64,000 nt of DNA from Lama guanicoe (taxonomy: Eukaryota), in the NCBI GenBank assembly GCA_013239625.1, contig MU055269.1, positions 2,410,441 to 2,474,440 on the forward strand. The letters are read 5' to 3'. Positions 37,512-51,247 of the stretch are shown piece after piece. How positions within the stretch are numbered: position 1 is the stretch's first letter; every line of letters starts with the position of its first letter. Below the pieces are notes generated by a model that did not search any database, was not told the origin of the DNA, and saw only the letters and a program-made list of their open reading frames with translations. The position numbers were made by a program, and so were the translations under genes.

Positions 37512-37595
37512 ATTTTTTTTTCTTTTTAAATTGAAATACAGTCAGCGTGCAATGCTGCGTCAGGTTCTGGTGCAGCGCACAATAGTTCAGTCATA
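37512..37595 (-). mobile_element. Short L1 3'-end fragment
   Basis: Poly-T + aaattgaaatacagtcagcgtgcaatgctgcgtcaggttctggtgcagcg...tcagtcata. Confidence 0.65.
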
Positions 37596-37921
37596 ATAAC
37601 TGCTAGCTGAGAAAGCTGGCAAGGCGTTCACCCACCTCAGACACAGCGGATGCCAGGGGGCCAAGGACACCGTGAATCCACACGGATGAACTTGTGCTTT
37701 GTGGTGATAGATACACGTCAGAGATTAAGTGGCACAACTTTCTGTAAAGACAGGGGCTCCTGCCCCCAAATGGGACGGTCCCCCCAAAACACAGTCAGTG
37801 CTGATGCTGTTGGCCTTTGTATGCTCATGACCTATGGAAAGGAAGTACCATGAGAAGGTTTCTCATGAACAAGAGAAGGACATTCTATCATTAATAATAT
37901 TCAGGAGCTTCAAAATTGTTA

Positions 37922-38025
37922 GATCTTGTAATAGCCTTTAATGAAAAGGAATATGAAAGTCAATATATGGATGTACATTCATGACTGGGACATTGTGCTG
38001 GACACCAGAAATGGGGTAAAAAAAA
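37922..38025 (+). mobile_element. Short lineage L1 3'-end fragment
   Basis: atcttgtaatagcctttaatgaaaaggaatatgaa...atgactgggacattgtgctggacaccagaaat. Confidence 0.75.
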
Positions 38026-41000
38026 GTGTTGGAGAAAATGTAGCTGGATGGATGGTGGTCAAGGTACAAATGCCACTTGGCGCCCGGGAGGGTTGGATCT
38101 CACAGTGACTGTGACAACGCTGTGGACTTTGTATTTGCCTCTCTTAGACTTTATGGGTTTCGGCAGTGGGGACAGGGGCTTGTCTCCTTAACCCACTGCA
38201 CCAGCCATCATTCAGCCCGCTGCACCGGCCAGTCCCTTGAGCGACGACAGAGGCAGAAGACGCTGTCTGCCAGTACCACGTGTGATCTCAAAGTCCAAAA
38301 CCAGCATCCAGGAGAAACGCGCCCGCAGGATGGTGGCGTGGTCGCTAGTGCAAAAACCTGCTCCTCAAATCACCACCTGGCTTTGAGAACATCAAATTCT
38401 AGGTCAGGCCACCATAAACTGGCAAAAAGAGAGAATATATAAGAAAAGTTGCATCTCTGAGCTAATCAGGATTTAATTATTCATCTCCAGGAGAAGCTTT
38501 ATTTCATAAAATGTTCTAGTTTATTAGATTTAGCTCTTCCCCCCCCCCAAAATAATTAATCTCAGAGGCATGGCCCTTATAGACCAATTGACTTAGGTTG
38601 TCTCCAGCTAAAATGAATCAGAATGAACAGTGAGCTGCCAGAGTGGCAGAAAGAGTGAGGAAGAGGGAAGGAAGGATGGCATCAAGCACGCAGAAGATGT
38701 TTCCACTGCTCTCGGCAGAGGGGCTGGGGGACGGGGCGTCCCACCCGGGCTGCACAGCGACCTGGCACTGCACACTTTAGCATCACAGTTGACTAGGCTC
38801 AGGCAGGAGCCAGCTTGCTGTGGGCCGCCTGCCGGGAAGCTGCACCATCAGGCTGAAGGGCAGGCCTCTCTTCTGCGACGCTGCCCCCCACTCAGTAAGT
38901 GGTGAAGGGCACCCCCATTTCTGTCTCAGCATCATGGTCGTCCTGACTTCACACACGCCACTTAAACAGAGATGGCCAAGAAGATCCCAGGATTCCTATA
39001 ACGCTCTTTGCAGGTGGAGGGAACCCACTCAGTCCAGTGCTATTGCTAACACGCAACTACCACTGCTTCTAAAATCGCCCGTGAGTGCAACTTGCAAAAG
39101 GTCTTATTTTTCCCGTCTAAATGTTAATGTGATCAAGTTGTCCTTGGCCATGCCGCAGGGTACACCGCTGGCGCCAGGACCCTCGTGTGTAGCAGGAAAG
39201 GAAATATCCTTGGGAGTCACTAGTGGCCTCTTTAGAACACACCCTAAAATCTATAGAGAGAGAATCTTAAGTACTGACGCCTGGGGAGCTGGGGTACGCA
39301 GCTAAGAGCAGGTCTGGCACAGCTTTTAGGCTGGTTTCCCAAAGGGCTTATGGCGTGGTATTCATGATAGTCTTAAATTCACCCTTATCTGGGCTCTGAT
39401 TTGGTTAACACTCAAGAGCAAATCCATTTCTCAGTGGTAGACACAGTTTAATCAAGCTCGGGAAATTGATATATAAAACCAAAATGCCAATATATTTGTT
39501 TGCAACGAGCTCACGTGATTAACAGTCACACGATATCGCTCAGCACCATTAGTCTAGATGCAAAGCCACTTCGCATCGTAAGCAGAAGCCATTTCAGCTC
39601 CTCAGAGTGAAGGTTCACCGTGGCCAGGGGGGCTCAGAGTCCGCAGGCTGGTGCGCTGTTTGGTTGTAGGAAAACGCTTTTGGGGACTCCAACCCTATTC
39701 GGAAAAACTTCTTGATAAGCTTGGAAACAGGAAGTCACAGAGGAGAAACTGCCAAATGCGTGAAGTGCTCCCTCAAACGTAGCCGCCCCGTCCTCTAGTC
39801 TGCGTTTCCTCCAACGCAAGGTCACGGGCACAGAGGCCCTGCGCGGCGTCAGTGCGGTCACCGTGCGGAAGACACACACATGACGGAGAACATCTCACTC
39901 CTGAAAGGTCCAGCTGGCCTCGCCTTCCCCACCTCCAGACCTCGTTCTGAGCACGGTTCTAGAACTGTCTCAAGCAGCAGTTTTAACATCTTAATTCTTA
40001 CTGAATTTTCTAAGGATCTATTTTCGTGTTTGCTTGCAAGTCTGAACCCAGACGTAAACTCACCGCATTGGCTTGGGGTCTGGTTTCAGTGACAGCCTCA
40101 CGTTACGGTCAGAGTCGGAGCTCCCGCCCATCAGCCGGCAGCTGCAGCGGCGGCCGGGCTGGAGGCAAGAGCGCCCGTCTGTCCCTCCCCGGACACCAGC
40201 CCTCCCCCAGGAAGCCCACCAGACCCTCCCAAGCCAGCTTTTGCTGGACTCGCCTGTCGGTTCACCACGTAAAGCCTCCTGCATCTGAGCCTCACCCTGA
40301 CCACCCTGCGGCATCCCTTAGGCTTCCTTATCCGGACCACAGAGGGGACGCAGAGCGGACACAAACGTGTTTCCCGCTGTCACCGCATTCTTCCAGGAGG
40401 CTGACCGTCGAAACCACGTGGGAATCAGCCTGTGTCTGAGGATCTGCTGTCCGCGTAAGTGTCCTGACCGTGACCGAACATCGGCGGTAGATGAGCAACG
40501 GAGGTTTAGAAGCCAGAGTCTGGCGGGATTTGTCCCAAGTCACGGTGGCTGAGGAACACCAAGCAGGGGCTGAGAATAAAATGGCAGAACTTTGAAAAGG
40601 GCCAGTGACCGTGACTGCTACGTGCTTCCTTTGTGGTTTTCAAGGTTACAGTAGGAACCTTTGATTTCAACACTGTTAAGTATAACTTCACATTCATGTT
40701 CACGTAGGGCTTCTGGAACATTTGGAACATGCTATTCGCTTTGACAAAATTCTTGAGAAATGTTCAATAATAATAATTACTTGAATATGTATCTTCAAAT
40801 AATGATGACTCTAATACTGAATGGAAAGTAACCCTGGAAACTAAGCCAGGGAGTTCTAGCACCGTTATGAGTTAAGTTTGCAGGAAAGCATACCGAGGTG
40901 ACACATTTTCTCTATTATAATAATTTTCAATGACCTATAATTTTTGCCATTTACTTGAGTTTTCATTGGACTTTTGATTATGGCTATTATTTAACTCATA

Positions 41001-41439
41001 AAATGCTCTGTGACTTCTTTGGATGCTGAATAACACTTATGTCACATCAACATTACGTTTTCTTCAGAGTATGACTGGATTAATCAATTAACATATTGGG
41101 TCCAATCTTCTAATTCTTTTGGTAAGTTTTCTATAAATTGCTCAATTTCTTGTTAGATTAGTATTCTATTTTGATTGATTCTTTTTTATATTTTATCATT
41201 TTGAGTGATTTAGTTCAAGTTAATTTTACATTTTATGACTCTTAGTGATTCAAGTCTTTTGATTAATTTTTGACTGTGCATCATCTCGTCCAGAGGCTGA
41301 CGTGACCAGGAGAGGTGGTGCAGGGGAAGGAGCCAGGTGCTGTCTCTGACAGCCCCCCTGCTCTCCCTGCCTGAGCCCTTCCTCCTTCTCTGGTTACATG
41401 TATTTAAACACGCATGTGTAAATGTGTATCAAAGAACTT

Positions 41440-42475
41440 CGAGAAAGAGTACCATCTATTACATTACCTGGACAGTCACCATTTCTTTGTCCTTCTTCAC
41501 CCTCAAAGCTCTACATGTCCCCTCAGCATCACTCCCATCTGATTGGAGGAGCCCCTCGGCATCTATTTAACGGCAGGTCTGCTGCTGACAACGCCTCTCG
41601 GTTTTCCTTCACCCAGAATGCCTTTTCTTAGCCTCCATTCCTGGAGGATATGTTTTTCGGGTGTTGAATTCTGGGTTTACAGCCTGCTAATTGGTACCAT
41701 CTTACAACCTGGCTGATAGGAAGCCTGCAGACCTGGAAAGTGTTGTTCCCTTACATGCAATACTCTGTTCCTTGATGACTGATGTCGAGATTTTAAAAAA
41801 CCTTTAGTTTTCAGAATTTTTTTCCTAACATGTCTGGTCATGTTTCTGTCTGGGTTTATTTTGCTTCATTTTGCTTCTCTTGAATCTGTAAAATTGATAT
41901 TTTTCACAGAAGTTATCAGTCACTGTTTCTCCATATACTTCTCTGTTCCAATCCCTGTCCCCCCTCTCAGGGGTCCCAGGGATGGAAATGACAGAACTTT
42001 TGATGTTGTCCTGCAGGAACCAGAGGCTGGGTTCATTGTTCTCTCATTTGCTTCTTTATTCTTCAGATTGGATAATTTCCACCAACCTCTTCTAGGTCAG
42101 CTCATTTTTCTACTGAGCCCGTCCGCTGAATTATTTTTCAATGATTGCATTTCTTAATTCTAGAATTTAATTATGTTCCCCCTTGAATTTCTGTTTCTCT
42201 GTTGAGAATGTCTGTATTTCCATTCCCTTCAAGTGACGTCACGAAGGATGGTTCTGAGTGCTTCTTTTAATCTTTGATAATTCCAACATCTGGGTCATCT
42301 CAGGTCTGGTTCTTTTTGACCGTCTTTTCCTCTGAGAACCATTTAGAACTTCATGGTCCTTGGCAGGTCGAGGCCTAGACATTTAGCAGATAACACTGGA
42401 AGACACTGGAGTCCTGTTAAAATCCAGAGAATGTTGACTTGTTTGCTTTGACCAGTAATCAACCAGTCAGGTTAA
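41440..42475 (-). mobile_element. Old L1M fragment
   Basis: gcaggtctgctg...attcctggaggatat...gaattctgggtt...ttcttcagattggataattt...ataattccaacatctgggtcatctc. Confidence 0.7.
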
Positions 42476-44069
42476 GACAAATTTTGGGGGGAAGGGTAAC
42501 TGATTTTATTTTGCATTTAGCTTTAGTTTATTTAAAGCAAAAAGGAGTGTTTTCAATATCATGAAGTCTGTATAGATGTGTGCCATTAAAAAAAATAAAT
42601 TGCTTTCACTGCAAGTTAGAAGTGGGTTAAGACTCCAGGCTGTGCCTGGTTCTTCATGCTCAGCTTTGTTTCCAAGTCTTCGCTGTGCTGTTGGGGATTC
42701 CCCAAACAGGGACGGGCTCCCGGACAGAAAAGAGCCTGTGGTGTGTGGCTGCCATTAGCACAGACGCTGGGAAGGGTCCATCGGCACGTACTGTTGGCTT
42801 TATGTTTCAACAGGTATCCTGGAGGCAATGTTAAGTACCATGATTTACTTGAACAATGTGAAGCATGTATCGTGTGGAAATGCATTGTGCAAAAGAGGTG
42901 TTGTGTGTTCCTAAAATAAAACAAAATAAAATGGAATAGAATGATAGAGAAATCAACCAGTGATCTTGGATCCAGATTTTAATGTTTTCAATCTCAGGCC
43001 AATTCTAAAATGGTACTTTATGACGGAGAATGTTCAGGCCATTACATATTACCATCCAAGTACTATGTACACAATAAACAGGGTACTAAAAGCTGTTTTA
43101 CATAATAGTGGGTTAAACTAAGTTTAATTATGTGAATTCAAAGAAATAAACTGATAAAATGAGTTAAGTGCAGACCCTCCTGTCTGTTGATGATGTAGCA
43201 TCTTATCTCATGCTCAGACGTGACAACAAAGAGACAGAGAGCAGTGCTCACCTGCTAGTCTGGATTTACAATCAATCAAGCTGTGCCCCTGAAACAAACT
43301 GTGAAAAACTTTCAGGTGCTCAAAAAATAAATGCGTAAAAAGTGTCCAAAGCAAAGTTACAAATATTTGTTAAATTAGCTCATTGAAAATAGAAATCTTA
43401 AAAAAAGTTTGTTTTAAAATGTAAAAAAGTTGCTATTTTGGAACTGGGATAACTGTCAGTGTTCAATACGTGACACGAAGTAGCCCGTCGCATGCTCACC
43501 AAGTTATAATCTGACTTAGCCCGTGAACCTGAAGGTAATCTTTTTCTTTTAATCATCAAGGAATCTCATATCAAATTCCCTGCGAAGAAATGTAAATCCC
43601 ACGACTAGCAGAGCCAACACATGCATAGTATCTTCTCTAGAGCGGCGGCGTCCAGTGCTAGCAAGGACGCCCTGCAGGGGAGCTTCTGTGGTCTCCACGG
43701 AAGGGTTAAGTGCGCTCGTTGTCTGAATCTTTATTGAGCTGCGTCATCGTTAGGGGATGCGTGATTCCTCCTTAGTTTGAACTGGAACAATTAAATAATT
43801 GCGTTATATTTTCCATCGTAAAGTTCTCCATCTGAACACAAAAAGCATTACTGGAGATTTCCAGCGTAACCAAGGAAACTCAGTTCGGTTGTACCTTTCA
43901 CTTTTTTATGCTGTTAGAGTTGGTGTAACCAAAAGGTCAGTCCAAGCCTCTGAAGTGAAAACCCTCAGTTTAGCTCTTTCTGGCGTCTGAGTCCACACGC
44001 TGCCTGTTTCCAAGGCTTGCCTCCGCTTTGCGGACCAGAGCAAGGGGGAAAGGCAAGATGAATGAGAGA

Positions 44070-45330
44070 GAAGTATTTGGATGTCGCGCTCCCCACCCCA
44101 ACCCCCAAGCCCCCGGGCTGCAGTGCTCCCCTGTCTGCGTCCCACGCACTTCCGTCACGTTGGCTGAGTCAGACGCTCCGCGGCCCCGCGCCCCGCCCTC
44201 CCTACCCCGCCGGTCGCCCCGGGACCAGCGCGGGCTCCGAGGTGCCGCCCCTCTGCTCCCCTCTGGCCCGGGCGTCTCCGAGCGGGGCAGCCTGCGATGC
44301 CCAGGTTCCTCACTGCCCTTCTGGGGGGTGCGCACCCCTGGAAGTGCTCGGAGCCGGTTCCTGGGCCCATGCGGACCGGAAGCCCGCGCAGAACTGTGTG
44401 CGGGGCGGCGGTGTCAGGCCAGGACGCGCGCTCGCGGCGCCACGCGCGGCGCGTGGTGGTGGAACGTGCTCCCTGCAGAGCGACCCGCTCAGGAACGCGC
44501 CCGGGGACCATCTTTCTTCCTCCGCTTCAGTGCATTTCACTGCTGGGAACTTAATTTCCAGGCAGCCCTTCCCCTCCTGGCCGTCCGCGCTGAGCCTGTG
44601 ACCCCTGGCATCTCCGTGCGGACGCCTCCCTTCCCTCCCACTCAGTCAGCGGGAGATGAGCGTTTCCTGTGCTGGTTTCCTCCGCAGGCTCTGAACTCCC
44701 CAGGGCGCGCCTCCGCCCCAGCCTCCAGAACTGCCGGAGGGGCTTTCCCTGGGCGAGGCTGGGGCCGAGGTTAGCAGGGCGGGGAGCGGACTGGGAGGCA
44801 CTGGCGTGTGGTCCCCGGCAGGACAGCCTCGGGTCCTGGGATGTGGAAGCCGGTGGCCGGGGCTGCTTCACTGCGCTGGAGGAACCTTCCAGCGACAAGA
44901 AGGACAGCTTTCCTCAGCAGGTAATTCACCTGCTCGTTAGAATTAAGCGTGTGTGCTTGCTGTTCACAGAGGAAAGCACGGCACACCTCGGGGGTCTGTG
45001 GAAGCTGCCCCCGCTCAGGAGTGCTCGATGTGACTGACGTCAGGGCCTCGGCGGGAGTCCGAGGCGCTGAGGGGTCCTGCCGGCTTCCCGGGACGCGGCC
45101 TCCTGCGAGCGCATCACGCCCCGAGGCTCCGGTCTCCGCGCCGCGCCCGCACCGGAGGGGCTGGACGCGCCGAGACGTGGTCAGCAGGACACAGTGCGCA
45201 GGCAAGCGTGGTGGTCGGGAGGGAGGCACCGAGCCAGGCGGGTTCCAGAGGCGCTGCTGTCGTGGGCGGAGCCTCCAGCACAGGCGGTTCACCGGCAGGA
45301 CAAAACCTCCTGTTTGACCAGCTGGGTAGC
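44070..45330. promoter_or_regulatory. Orphan intergenic CpG island with promoter-type motifs
   Basis: Dense CpG. ETS + half-CRE CACTTCCGTCACGT (44147-44160), AP-1 TGAGTCA (44165-44171), GC box (44190-44199), CCGGAAG (44376-44382), full CRE (45035-45042). Confidence 0.7.
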
Positions 45331-45759
45331 CGCCCGCAGCAGGGGGTCCAAAGGCAGAGGACCTGGTGGACCAAGAGCGAAGCTGAGGATGAGGTGGGGA
45401 CCCCACATTAGCAGTGCCCACAACTGCAGCACAGACCTGGGTGTCATCAAACTGGGCAGGGGTCCTCCAGGCCAGGGGAGGCACAGGGCGGGGCTCAATG
45501 GCTTCTCTGGGGGGTGGGGGTGGGGCTGCCTGTTGGGGTCCACGTGTGATGATGGAGAGGTCAGAAAGCCCCGTCTCTGGATGAAGTTTCTGAGGGAGGA
45601 GAGACCGAATGAACGTGTTGGAGGCGACCAGCCATCTCCCACGGCCCGGGGCCCACAGAGGGCTCAAGCCGGTTAGTTCCGACGTGCTCACATCCAGAGG
45701 TTTGTCTCTGTCCGACACTTTCTGAAAGGTGTCTACGTACATTATTTCATCGCCGTAAC

Positions 45760-45900
45760 GGCTCCCTGTCCTGTGTGCTGTGTCACAGCCCCAGTTCTCC
45801 TGAGAAGAACCCTGAGCCAGGAAGTTCAGGTGGCCGAGGAAGGGCACGTGCTGGAAAGGGGCAGAGCTGGGATCTGACTGGACATCTGGCCACAGAGAGG
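45760..45900. mobile_element. MIR remnant
   Basis: ccccagttctcctgagaagaaccctgag...ggcagagctgggatctga...atctggccacagag. Confidence 0.5.
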
Positions 45901-46503
45901 CTTCGGAAGAGCAGAGACCCCCCTCCCACACTTTTGTTCCTCAGGAGGGCCCCCTTTTACCTGGGTTAAAAATGAGAATCAATCAATAATCAGGTGATAA
46001 TAATGACAAAGGCATAAACAGAAAAACTTAAATTCCAAGCAAAGACAGTTGAGGACACAGTTTTTCAATTTTCCCTTTTCCCAAGAAAGGAAATTTATAT
46101 TGCAGAAAACACTTGTTTGGTGGAAGACTTGCCCTGCCAGTTATGCCGTGATGACTTCTCAAAGATGAGGTTCCTTGTAACTTTGATTTCCTGAGGGTAG
46201 AAGTCAAACCTGACAGCCTTCTGAAGTTCTCTTCCTGATTTGTGACTTTGCCACACAAACCCAAATTGGGTCATTCTTTTCCTGTTCCAAAGCTAACAGC
46301 TAGCATCCAGCGTCCTGGCTTTCAGAGCATATTCTCCAGATACCAATTAGGGTGGAAAAACCTGTCAATATCTTGCTGCTGGTCAGGGCGCTTGGAGGGG
46401 AGGTGCAGATGGGAGCTTTTCGGGTTGTTAATCGATACCACACACGCAGGGAGACGTTCCTCTGAGCTACGGCTTTAAACGGAAAGAGATGATGGTGGCA
46501 GTG

Positions 46504-46517
46504 GTTACCATGGTAAC
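46504..46517. promoter_or_regulatory. RFX X-box motif (GTTACCATGGTAAC)
   Basis: Exact fit to GTNRCC-N2-RGYAAC, inside an 18-bp perfect palindrome (46502-46519). Confidence 0.6.
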
Positions 46518-48619
46518 CAGAGTCCGCTTTATCCCAAACTCCCTCCTGACTCCCTTTGTAAAGACTGTTCTGCGTGAGTGTTTTTCATTTAACTTAACTT
46601 TCAAGGAAACGTTAGGTTTTAAAGGGCCTTCACTGTCCTTTTGGTGGGAAAGAGGTTCTGGAGACCAGGAAGAGGTGGCCCCTGTTTCAGACGGGAATTT
46701 GCTGTGGGTTCTTATTGCTGGGGGAGACTGTCCCGGACAGGTGGTCCAAGCAGCAAAGTGGACGCACAACTGTAGAGTCAATGCAACAGTTCAAAGTCCG
46801 TAATGCAACGTGCAAACCCTATGGTTAAACACTTGCCGCAAGTGCACAAAAGTCAAATTGCTGGTTGAGGAGGAAATTAGCTAAGTGATAATCTTCGACT
46901 TTTTCTAAAGGGTTTGAGCCTGGAGTGCCTGATTCCAAGACCATCTGTCTTTGCTGTCTGCCGTCCCCTCAGGATGTGCAATTCATTGTCCCCACCACAG
47001 TTCCTACGGACTTAAGTGAATCACCAACCAGTTTCCCATAAACAATAAAAAATCGTGATCTCTGCTTTTCTCTTTCCTCCCTTCTTCTGCCCTCCCTCCA
47101 TTTCCTTCTTTCCTTCCTCCCTTCCTTCAGTCTCTTCCTCGCTCCCTCTTTCCCCTAAGCACTGTGTTTCTGGCAGCTTCCTTAAGTCCTCAGCTTGCTT
47201 CACTATTTCTGTAAAATTGTAGTTTTTATGATCTCCTGAACAGATTTCTTTATTTGTAATTTTTCTCCTTGATATTTACAAAAGACTCGTGAGAACCTCA
47301 TCTGTTTCTCAGCTTTGATTTTGGCCGAGCTGCCAGATTTCTAGTGAAGGATTCGGTTTGCTCTGTGTTCCCCAGGTTCCACGTTTTATTCTCCGCCCTC
47401 AGTAGACAGTTTGGAAGCAGAGTAGACAGTCGTGGCTCAGCCTGAGTGGCAAAGACCAAGACCGAGTTGGTGCAGACAGAGAGAGGGGGGGAATTTCTGA
47501 AGTCCTCTGCTTCTAGATTTCTCGGGAGACTCCCACAACTTCTCACGCATCTGCCTCGGGTCAGAAGGGCTCACTGTGAACAGCAGAAGAAGCACCCTTC
47601 GCCCCAGCCTCTCCCTGTCACCGGCCTGGGCGGCAGAGCCCTGGGGGCGCACACGGAGAGCCCCCATCTCAGTGACCGTCCCGATGACGTTTGCTGGCAG
47701 GGTTCCCACCCTAGCTTTGCATTTTTAAAGCCTTGGCATCACAAGGAGTGTCCCCCATTTTAAATTGAACACAAATCACTTTATTGAACACCTGATGCCC
47801 AGCTCCACTTCCCTCCACTTGATTTCGTTAGACTTCTGCTCCCTGAGAAAGACGAACACCAGGAACTGGCTAGGAGCAGTGGGCTAGCAGCATTGGGCAG
47901 GGTGGGAGCAGGAGCGGAGTTAATGTTGACATGTCCGGTCTCTATAAACCGTTTCTCACTTACTCGAAGGGCTCTGATACTGTCAGGTGTATTTTGTATC
48001 TGCCAGTGGCGTTACTCGGAAGGCGTAGCCCCCAACGAGGACGCTCACGCTCTACTTTTCAGCTCTGAAAACGCAGGCTAACCAATGAGACGTTTCTTTT
48101 TAGAGTGAATTTAAATTAGATGAGGTGTGGCAAACCGCTGCTTAGAAATCCTGTGATGAACTGCAGTGGAAATTCCGGATCTTCATATTTGAGAAAGTAG
48201 AAGGTGTTTCTGACTCTCAGGGTGTACTTAAGCATAATATTGTCAGGGGACTGGCCACCTGGCTTCTCAGTGACACGGACGAGACTGTCAGAATGTTCCT
48301 CTTTGGTCGCTGAAGATATTGGTAATAAAAGTGTCTCTGAATCACAGCATAAAAATCTCCGAGGCTCAGAATGTTTTGGAAGGATGATAAGATGAAGTTC
48401 TGGTTGAAACTTTGTGACAGGAAGTCTCAGATGCCCAAGTGGCTTGAAAGAAATTCTAGACGGCCACCCTGCAAGATTTGCAAAACCAAGAGGCTTGGGA
48501 CCTGAAAGACGGTTCCCGTGAATCATCCTCAGCAAACTAAGTTTTAAAATATGAATTAAAAATTTAAAATCGATCATACATTGGTAACGTATTTACGTGA
48601 CTCCCAGATTGAAACAGCA

Positions 48620-48702
48620 TCCTAAAACTATACTAAAAATTACTCATTGTTTTTCTGGAATTTAAATTTAACTCGGTATTTTGTACTTTATCTGGTGACC
48701 CC
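48620..48702. mobile_element. MER53 half element
   Basis: tatactaaaaattactcattgtttttctggaatttaaatttaactcggtattttgtactttatctggtgaccc matches one MER53 arm. Confidence 0.75.
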
Positions 48703-48989
48703 AGAGGCAATTATCATAGATGGAGTTTCCAGCGGTGTCCCCACATCTCTGATCTCCCTCACATTTTCTCTTCTGGTTCCCTGCTGGCTGTCTGTGCACC
48801 TGACGGATGGGTTCCCATCATCCGGGCAGTTTATGCTCTGTTTCGATGTCTGGTAGGCGTGGCCCCACCTTAGTGCCACCCTCCCACACCCCTCCACGGC
48901 TTGTCCAACTTTTACACATTTATTTTTTCATATAAAATTTAGACTCAAAAATGAACACAGAAACCTGCAGCTACATTTATTAGGATCCT

Positions 48990-49740
48990 GCTAATTTCAT
49001 CGGTTTGTCCTGGAAGAACAGGTGTTTTGAGGACGCGCGTGTCCCATCTGAGAATGGGGCTTGTGACTTCCACATCTTGGAGGTTTCCCTAAACCCCGAC
49101 TATGCGCCTCCCTGCCCTCATTTTTGGTCAGGATCATTCCAGCACTTTTTTTCTTTGTTACCTGTCAGTGGGCTCACCTCGTCCACTGCGCGTTCTCTGG
49201 TTCTAGCCGATTACGTTCCAAGTGGTGGATAAAGGGGGTTGCTTTCTGCACTTCCTTCCCTCCTGCCGCCTTCCTGATTCTCTTATTTTTTGTAGTTATT
49301 TTTCAGTGGGTTCTTTCGGATTCGTGTTTGCATAAATATCATGTGCAAATAGGGGTACAATTACCCCTTGTTTTCTGACTCCTGTGCATCCAAGTCCATT
49401 CTCTGCCTAATTGCTTCAGTCAGTCCTGCAGCAAATGTTAACGGGGCAGCGGCCGTCCTTGCCTTTGTCCTGGGCTGAGTGGAAATATTTTCTTTGATTT
49501 CACAGGCGGTCTCTGGCTTTTAGGTGGTTGCATATGCAAGAGTGGAATTCAAAACTCCTTTGATATTGAATTTTTTAAATCAAGAAGACTTGTGTTTTGT
49601 CGAAAGCCTTTTTGACCTTCGCAGAGATTATGGTATAATTTTTGTTCTTAGATCTGACATGCACGACGCGCTGGCGTGCTGGCTCCCTGGGATAAACCCC
49701 TTTTGATCAGGACACAGTTTTCTTTAAAGCACCGAGGATG
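48990..49740 (-). mobile_element. Ancient L1ME-like ORF2 remnant
   Basis: gtccttgcctttgtcctg...ttttgtcgaaagcctttt...cctgggataaacccc. Confidence 0.55.
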
Positions 49741-51247
49741 CGCTCACAAAATGAACAAGAGGAGATGGTGTTTAATTTTTTTTCATTTTCTTTCGTTTTC
49801 TTCCTCTTTGTTGAAGCATGTAGAGGAAATTACCTAAATCTGAAGTAAAATTTTTATGCATTGTCCTTGGCCCAACGCTGCAACCTGGTACCCCTAGTAA
49901 ATGGACAAGAAAGTCTATGACAAAGTGGGTATTTGGCCAATTCCAGTATTTCTTACAAGATCAAGTCACCTTTATTTTCCCAGAAAATTGATTGGTTTCT
50001 CTACCTCAGGTGCTCACGTTTTATTAGTTTTATTTCAGTTTATGTTCAGTATCACAAGGAGCCTCCATATCACGTGACATTCCATGTCGTAAGGGGCACC
50101 AGAAAGAACAAATGCTCGTTTCTCCTGAGTGTTGAAGCTGTCTCGGGCACCCAGTTGGATAAATCAGAGAAAATGTATCAAACCCTGAATATGTGTGACG
50201 TTAGAGCCCCCAGGGCAGGGTATTGCATGTTAACCTTTTAGATGACAAACATTTTATTATGTAGAGTATTTTTTAAAATTTTTGGAAATATGAATTAATA
50301 CTATTTACATAGTAAGACAGACTCCTTGTATTAAACATGTCATCAGTAGGTGCAATACTTTGGGGTGAAAGGTCAAACTTAAATATGCTCCTTAAGAAAA
50401 AAACACTTCTCGGTAACCTTGAAGTAACACTTGACCGTGACACAGCTGTAACCCGTATGCTCGCATGACATTACATGATCCTACAATCTGGTGTTTCCAG
50501 GAGGGACCTAAGAGGTCCTCCAGCACAAGGTTCCAGCTGAGGGAGGAGCTTTGTCCCCCCCGGGGCCCCCAGGCCCATCCCGCCTCTGGCAGAGCATTTC
50601 CAATGACAGAGCGGTCCCTGCCCTCAAAGGCAGCACGCTCCGTCGGGCGGCCCCGAGGTTTACACAGATGTCACAGGTACTGACGCTCAGCTTGTCTTCC
50701 CGGAGCCCCCAGCATCCCCCCTTGTTGTGACATCCATCACACCACAGCCCATGTCTGTTGGTCCACACCTGAGGCCCTGGGGTGAGTGACCTTTTCTCGC
50801 TCCGGTCCCCCCTTCTCAAGGCTCACTCGCGCTCGCTGCTTCTCCAGTTTCCCGCCCTGTGACCCACTTTTCAGACACCTTCTGCCATACTCAACCCAGG
50901 GTCTGATTTTCGGGTTTGAAATGAGGCACCAGAAGGAATCTCACACTTCCTGGCGTGTTCTGACTCCGGCGCGTCTTCCTTGCTTTCATCAAATGAACGC
51001 CCGATTTCACTTAATGCAACTCGGCCGTATGTTCCCAGGCTAACGCCTCCAACTGTGTGCGCCATTTAAGTTTAAACGCAAAATTTTAAAAATGTGAATT
51101 TCATATTTGACTCTGAAGAATTGTATTTTATGAGGTTTGAATCGTGTTTTCAGCCTACGAAGCTGTTTCTGAGTTACCAATATGTCAGCTTTCTTGTCAT
51201 ATTTTTCTTATCCGCGGATTTGATTACTTAAGACTGACAAGACACAG

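Noticed and set aside
44771-45931. 386-aa minus-strand ORF (and the 248-aa plus ORF 44028-44774)
   Set aside because: Non-ATG starts, GC-driven stop scarcity and no recognisable domain; the 386-aa ORF overlaps a MIR remnant.
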